Source: a virus. Taken from it: a DNA stretch of 64,000 nucleotides. The translations under genes and the position numbers were made by a program. The notes under the pieces are model-generated. The model saw nothing but the letters and a program-made list of their open reading frames with translations. It did no database searches and was not told the origin of the DNA. This document shows positions 61,990-64,000 of this stretch, one piece after another (position 1 is the stretch's first letter; each line of letters starts with the position of its first letter). The stretch lies in IMG/VR virus record IMGVR_UViG_3300045988_109836, one strand, 5' to 3'.

Positions 61990-62357
61990 ATCATGTCTTT
62001 ATAATCGTCTTCCAAACGTTTGATTTCTTCCTGGAGTTCTTTACTCATAAGGAATAGGAATTGTTTCTGCTTATCGTCCAGTTCTTCGTCAAAAGAACCC
62101 ATCTTTCTTGAAATATTGTCAAGATAACGGATAAACCGCTTTCTCTGAATAAAATCGATATAGGACAAAGTATAAATCAGAACATTCATCCTTTTCTTCA
62201 TGTTTACCTGTCCTCCTACAATCCATAGAAAGAAGAACATGTGAAGAACCACAAGGACAACCAGACATATAAATATCGCTGTTACCATAGCTGCAAATAT
62301 ATAAAAATAAAACAAATAATTGATACTAAAGAACGTGCAAATTTTCGTTCCTGTCAA
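61986..62357 (-). CDS. Membrane protein
   Basis: 123 aa with an N-terminal hydrophobic region (two TM helices) and a charged C-terminal helix. The start may be an internal Met (62288). Confidence 0.5.
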   Translation of the reverse strand: MTGTKICTFFSINYLFYFYIFAAMVTAIFICLVVLVVLHMFFFLWIVGGQVNMKKRMNVLIYTLSYIDFIQRKRFIRYLDNISRKMGSFDEELDDKQKQFLFLMSKELQEEIKRLEDDYKDMM

Positions 62358-62487
62358 TATATACGGGTCGAGAAACCAGGGAACACGGAGAAATGATTAC
62401 GTATTTGCCCGGTCGGACTTTTCGTAACGTCATTCCCTGGTATTCGACAATATGTCCGACCCACACGTAACACTCCTTCTTAATCAT
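62326..62487 (-). CDS. Hypothetical small protein, with the start moved to the ATG at 62487
   Basis: The track ORF opens at a TTG. The internal ATG overlaps the upstream stop as ATGATTAA, a translational-coupling arrangement. 53 aa. Confidence 0.35.
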   Translation of the reverse strand: MIKKECYVWVGHIVEYQGMTLRKVRPGKYVIISPCSLVSRPVYIDRNENLHVL

Positions 62488-63001
62488 TGAGAGCCGCTTT
62501 AATCTCAAACAGTTTCTTTTCCGCTTCTTCCTTTGTCTGGAAATAGTTAAGGTTCTTGTATCGCGAATTGTCTATCGATTCGTCCGTTTCCGTAGCTTGG
62601 AAGATTGTAAAAGAATCAAAATTGATACTGTAATAATGATTACCTATTACAGCACGCCAACGAAGCTTTTTAAGGCATTTTTCTTTCTCGTCATAGTATA
62701 ACCCATTTTCAGAAAGAGCGTTGTTTATACGCTTCTTTTCTTCTTCTGTAGAGAATCTGTATCCACAACTGACATAATCATAAAAGGAAGAAGTTCTTTT
62801 TGAAAGATGAAGTCTGCCGTTTTTATAATAGGCATGGAAGTACATGTTTTCCAGCAACGGGTCTTCTTCACTTTCCTTGTATATCACTATCGTACCGTCT
62901 TCATGCGTCAGACAATCGCCGTCGTTAAGCTCCATTAAATAGTAATCACTATCATGTATGGAAATAAATTTCCTGTCTTTGTCACATAATACCTTTTTCA
63001 T
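62480..63001 (-). CDS. Hypothetical protein
   Basis: 173-aa ORF. No motif recognised. Confidence 0.55.
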   Translation of the reverse strand: MKKVLCDKDRKFISIHDSDYYLMELNDGDCLTHEDGTIVIYKESEEDPLLENMYFHAYYKNGRLHLSKRTSSFYDYVSCGYRFSTEEEKKRINNALSENGLYYDEKEKCLKKLRWRAVIGNHYYSINFDSFTIFQATETDESIDNSRYKNLNYFQTKEEAEKKLFEIKAALND

Positions 63002-63018
63002 AATTGTAAAATATTTTA

Positions 63019-63201
63019 TTAGAAAACATAATTAATCAAATCAGAAATCCAGGACATGAACTGTATCATTCCAAAGAATAGGAAGGTGCAAACGATTGCA
63101 CCTACTCCGTACCAGAAACGTACCCACCATTCACGATATTTGGTCTTCAATACTTTCTTGCCGAAACGGCCGTTGAAGAAATTTATAAGCTGTTTTTTCA
63201 T
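63019..63201 (-). CDS. Small membrane protein
   Basis: 60 aa with one long hydrophobic helix (WYGVGAIVCTFLFFGMIQFMSWI). Confidence 0.45.
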   Translation of the reverse strand: MKKQLINFFNGRFGKKVLKTKYREWWVRFWYGVGAIVCTFLFFGMIQFMSWISDLINYVF

Positions 63202-63213
63202 AATGTAAAATTT

Positions 63214-63459
63214 TTAGAATTCAACAAGAATAAGACGTTTACCGCTTTCCTTCTCACTGACCCACATATGGTTGGAACCGAAACCGTAATCAAAAAGAGA
63301 ATTAAATGTAACCGGATATTCTTTGGAAACAACCTTCATTGCCTCCCTTAATTCTTTTTCGTCATTGCACTTGGTGATTTCGTTAAGTATATTGACATAC
63401 ATAGAGATTGCTATTGGTGAATGATAGACATTCAACGAGTTTTCTACAATTGCTTTCAT
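63214..63459 (-). CDS. Hypothetical small protein
   Basis: 81-aa ORF in the operon. Confidence 0.5.
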   Translation of the reverse strand: MKAIVENSLNVYHSPIAISMYVNILNEITKCNDEKELREAMKVVSKEYPVTFNSLFDYGFGSNHMWVSEKESGKRLILVEF

Positions 63460-63487
63460 AACTGTGTATATTGTGGTAGCCCGAAGG

Positions 63488-63667
63488 CTACCAGAACATT
63501 ATTACTATTTCATCGTTTTTATAGCCAAGACAAGACCCTTTCTCAATGGCTTCTTCCAGTGTCTTTACTTCAAACAGCACTTTCTTTTTCTTATAATCCA
63601 AACCGTAGTAACTTACTGTTTTGTTATGGGCGTTAATTCCGTTTTTGTGTATTTCCAAAAGTTTCAT
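63488..63667 (-). CDS. Hypothetical 59-aa protein, below the ORF-track size cutoff
   Basis: My own translation is MKLLEIHKNGINAHNKTVSYYGLDYKKKKVLFEVKTLEEAIEKGSCLGYKNDEIVIMFW*. Its ATG lies 11 nt downstream of a variant pre-ATG box (GTTGAACAAATAAAA, 63679-63693). It fills an otherwise empty 220-nt gap. Confidence 0.5.
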   Translation of the reverse strand: MKLLEIHKNGINAHNKTVSYYGLDYKKKKVLFEVKTLEEAIEKGSCLGYKNDEIVIMFW

Positions 63668-63680
63668 ATTTCTTTAATTT

Positions 63681-63905
63681 TTATTTGTTCAACATTTCAA
63701 GCTGTCTTTGAAGGAGTTTTGCGCGGTTCTGCTCATTCTCTGCAAACCCCATATTGCCGATAGACTTGTAAAACTCAACGTTTTCAAGTGCTTCTGCAAG
63801 TGCTTGTTTCTTTTGGGAAATCATAGAGGAAATTTCGTTATTATTACCTCTCTTTGCCATTTCTTCAAGTTCCGTACCTCTTACCTTGTAAAATTCTGCT
63901 TTCAT
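63681..63905 (-). CDS. Hypothetical small coiled-coil protein, first gene after promoter copy E
   Basis: 74-aa ORF. A variant box (GTCAAACAAATTAAA) lies 11 nt upstream. Confidence 0.55.
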   Translation of the reverse strand: MKAEFYKVRGTELEEMAKRGNNNEISSMISQKKQALAEALENVEFYKSIGNMGFAENEQNRAKLLQRQLEMLNK

Positions 63906-64000
63906 AATCTTAATTATTTAATTTGTTTGACCTTTGTTTCTTATCACATTGCAAATATAAGGCCTTATTATGACATACGCAACTGCGTATGTCATTTTAA
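63906..64000 (-). promoter_or_regulatory. Copy E of the conserved promoter/operator module, cut by the window edge
   Basis: About 53 nt are identical to copy D (attgcaaatataaggccttattatgacatacgcaactgcgtatgtcattttaa). The palindrome is at 63970-63995 and the -7 box TATATTTG at 63952-63959. Confidence 0.7.

Noticed and set aside
1-64000. First impression of a crAss-like podovirus, based on giant repeat-rich tail proteins, BACON-like domains and a Bacteroidota flavour.
   Set aside because: The window encodes a sheath-like protein (PGVY N-terminus, 547 aa). It is followed by a tube-sized gene, chaperones, a tape measure, a gpV-like spike and a Baseplate_J-like wedge. That is a contractile-tail gene set.
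1-64000. The repeated ~100-nt intergenic elements as a possible CRISPR array or MITE family.
   Set aside because: The copies are separated by 2.5 to 28 kb. Each sits exactly upstream of an operon and contains a -7 box plus a pre-ATG box. There is no regular repeat-spacer structure and there are no target-site duplications.

Overview
This window is one arm of a contractile-tailed (myovirus-type) dsDNA phage genome. The host is probably in the Bacteroidota: promoters are of the TAnnTTTG type, start-codon leaders are A-rich with no Shine-Dalgarno sequence, and the virion proteins carry BspA-type LRR and BACON/Ig-like domains. Almost everything is on the minus strand and reads in the standard code. 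From right to left on the minus strand:
- two small-gene operons of early type (64000-60163);
- a divergent non-coding hub (59005-59579);
- a holin;
- the head module: decoration paralogs, portal, zeta-like kinase, MuF-like protein, Nudix multidomain protein, prohead protease, scaffold and major capsid protein;
- neck genes interrupted by a degenerate IS607-like recombinase homolog;
- sheath and tube;
- an 8.6-kb island with an early-type promoter, carrying a NinG-like nuclease, Dam and Dcm-like methyltransferases, a DEDDh exonuclease, terL and a GIY-YIG homing endonuclease;
- tail chaperones, tape measure and baseplate;
- two giant fibre genes of 3420 aa and 1818 aa.

The main discoveries:
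1. A perfect 81-bp inverted repeat (7049-7129 and 10089-10169) lies in frame inside the 3420-aa baseplate-J/fibre gene. It brackets two convergent C-terminal cassettes of about 484 aa each, which points to an invertible receptor-binding-tip switch. No active invertase is visible in the window.
2. A conserved promoter/operator module of about 100 nt occurs five times, with a palindrome over the -33 element. A 15-nt box just upstream of start codons is also reused inside operons.
3. A 144-aa mini-intein splits the TerL Walker A motif, and a free-standing GIY-YIG endonuclease sits next to terL.
4. An iteron-like, polypyrimidine-rich intergenic hub lies at 59005-59579.

No tRNA genes, CRISPR arrays or integrase were seen.
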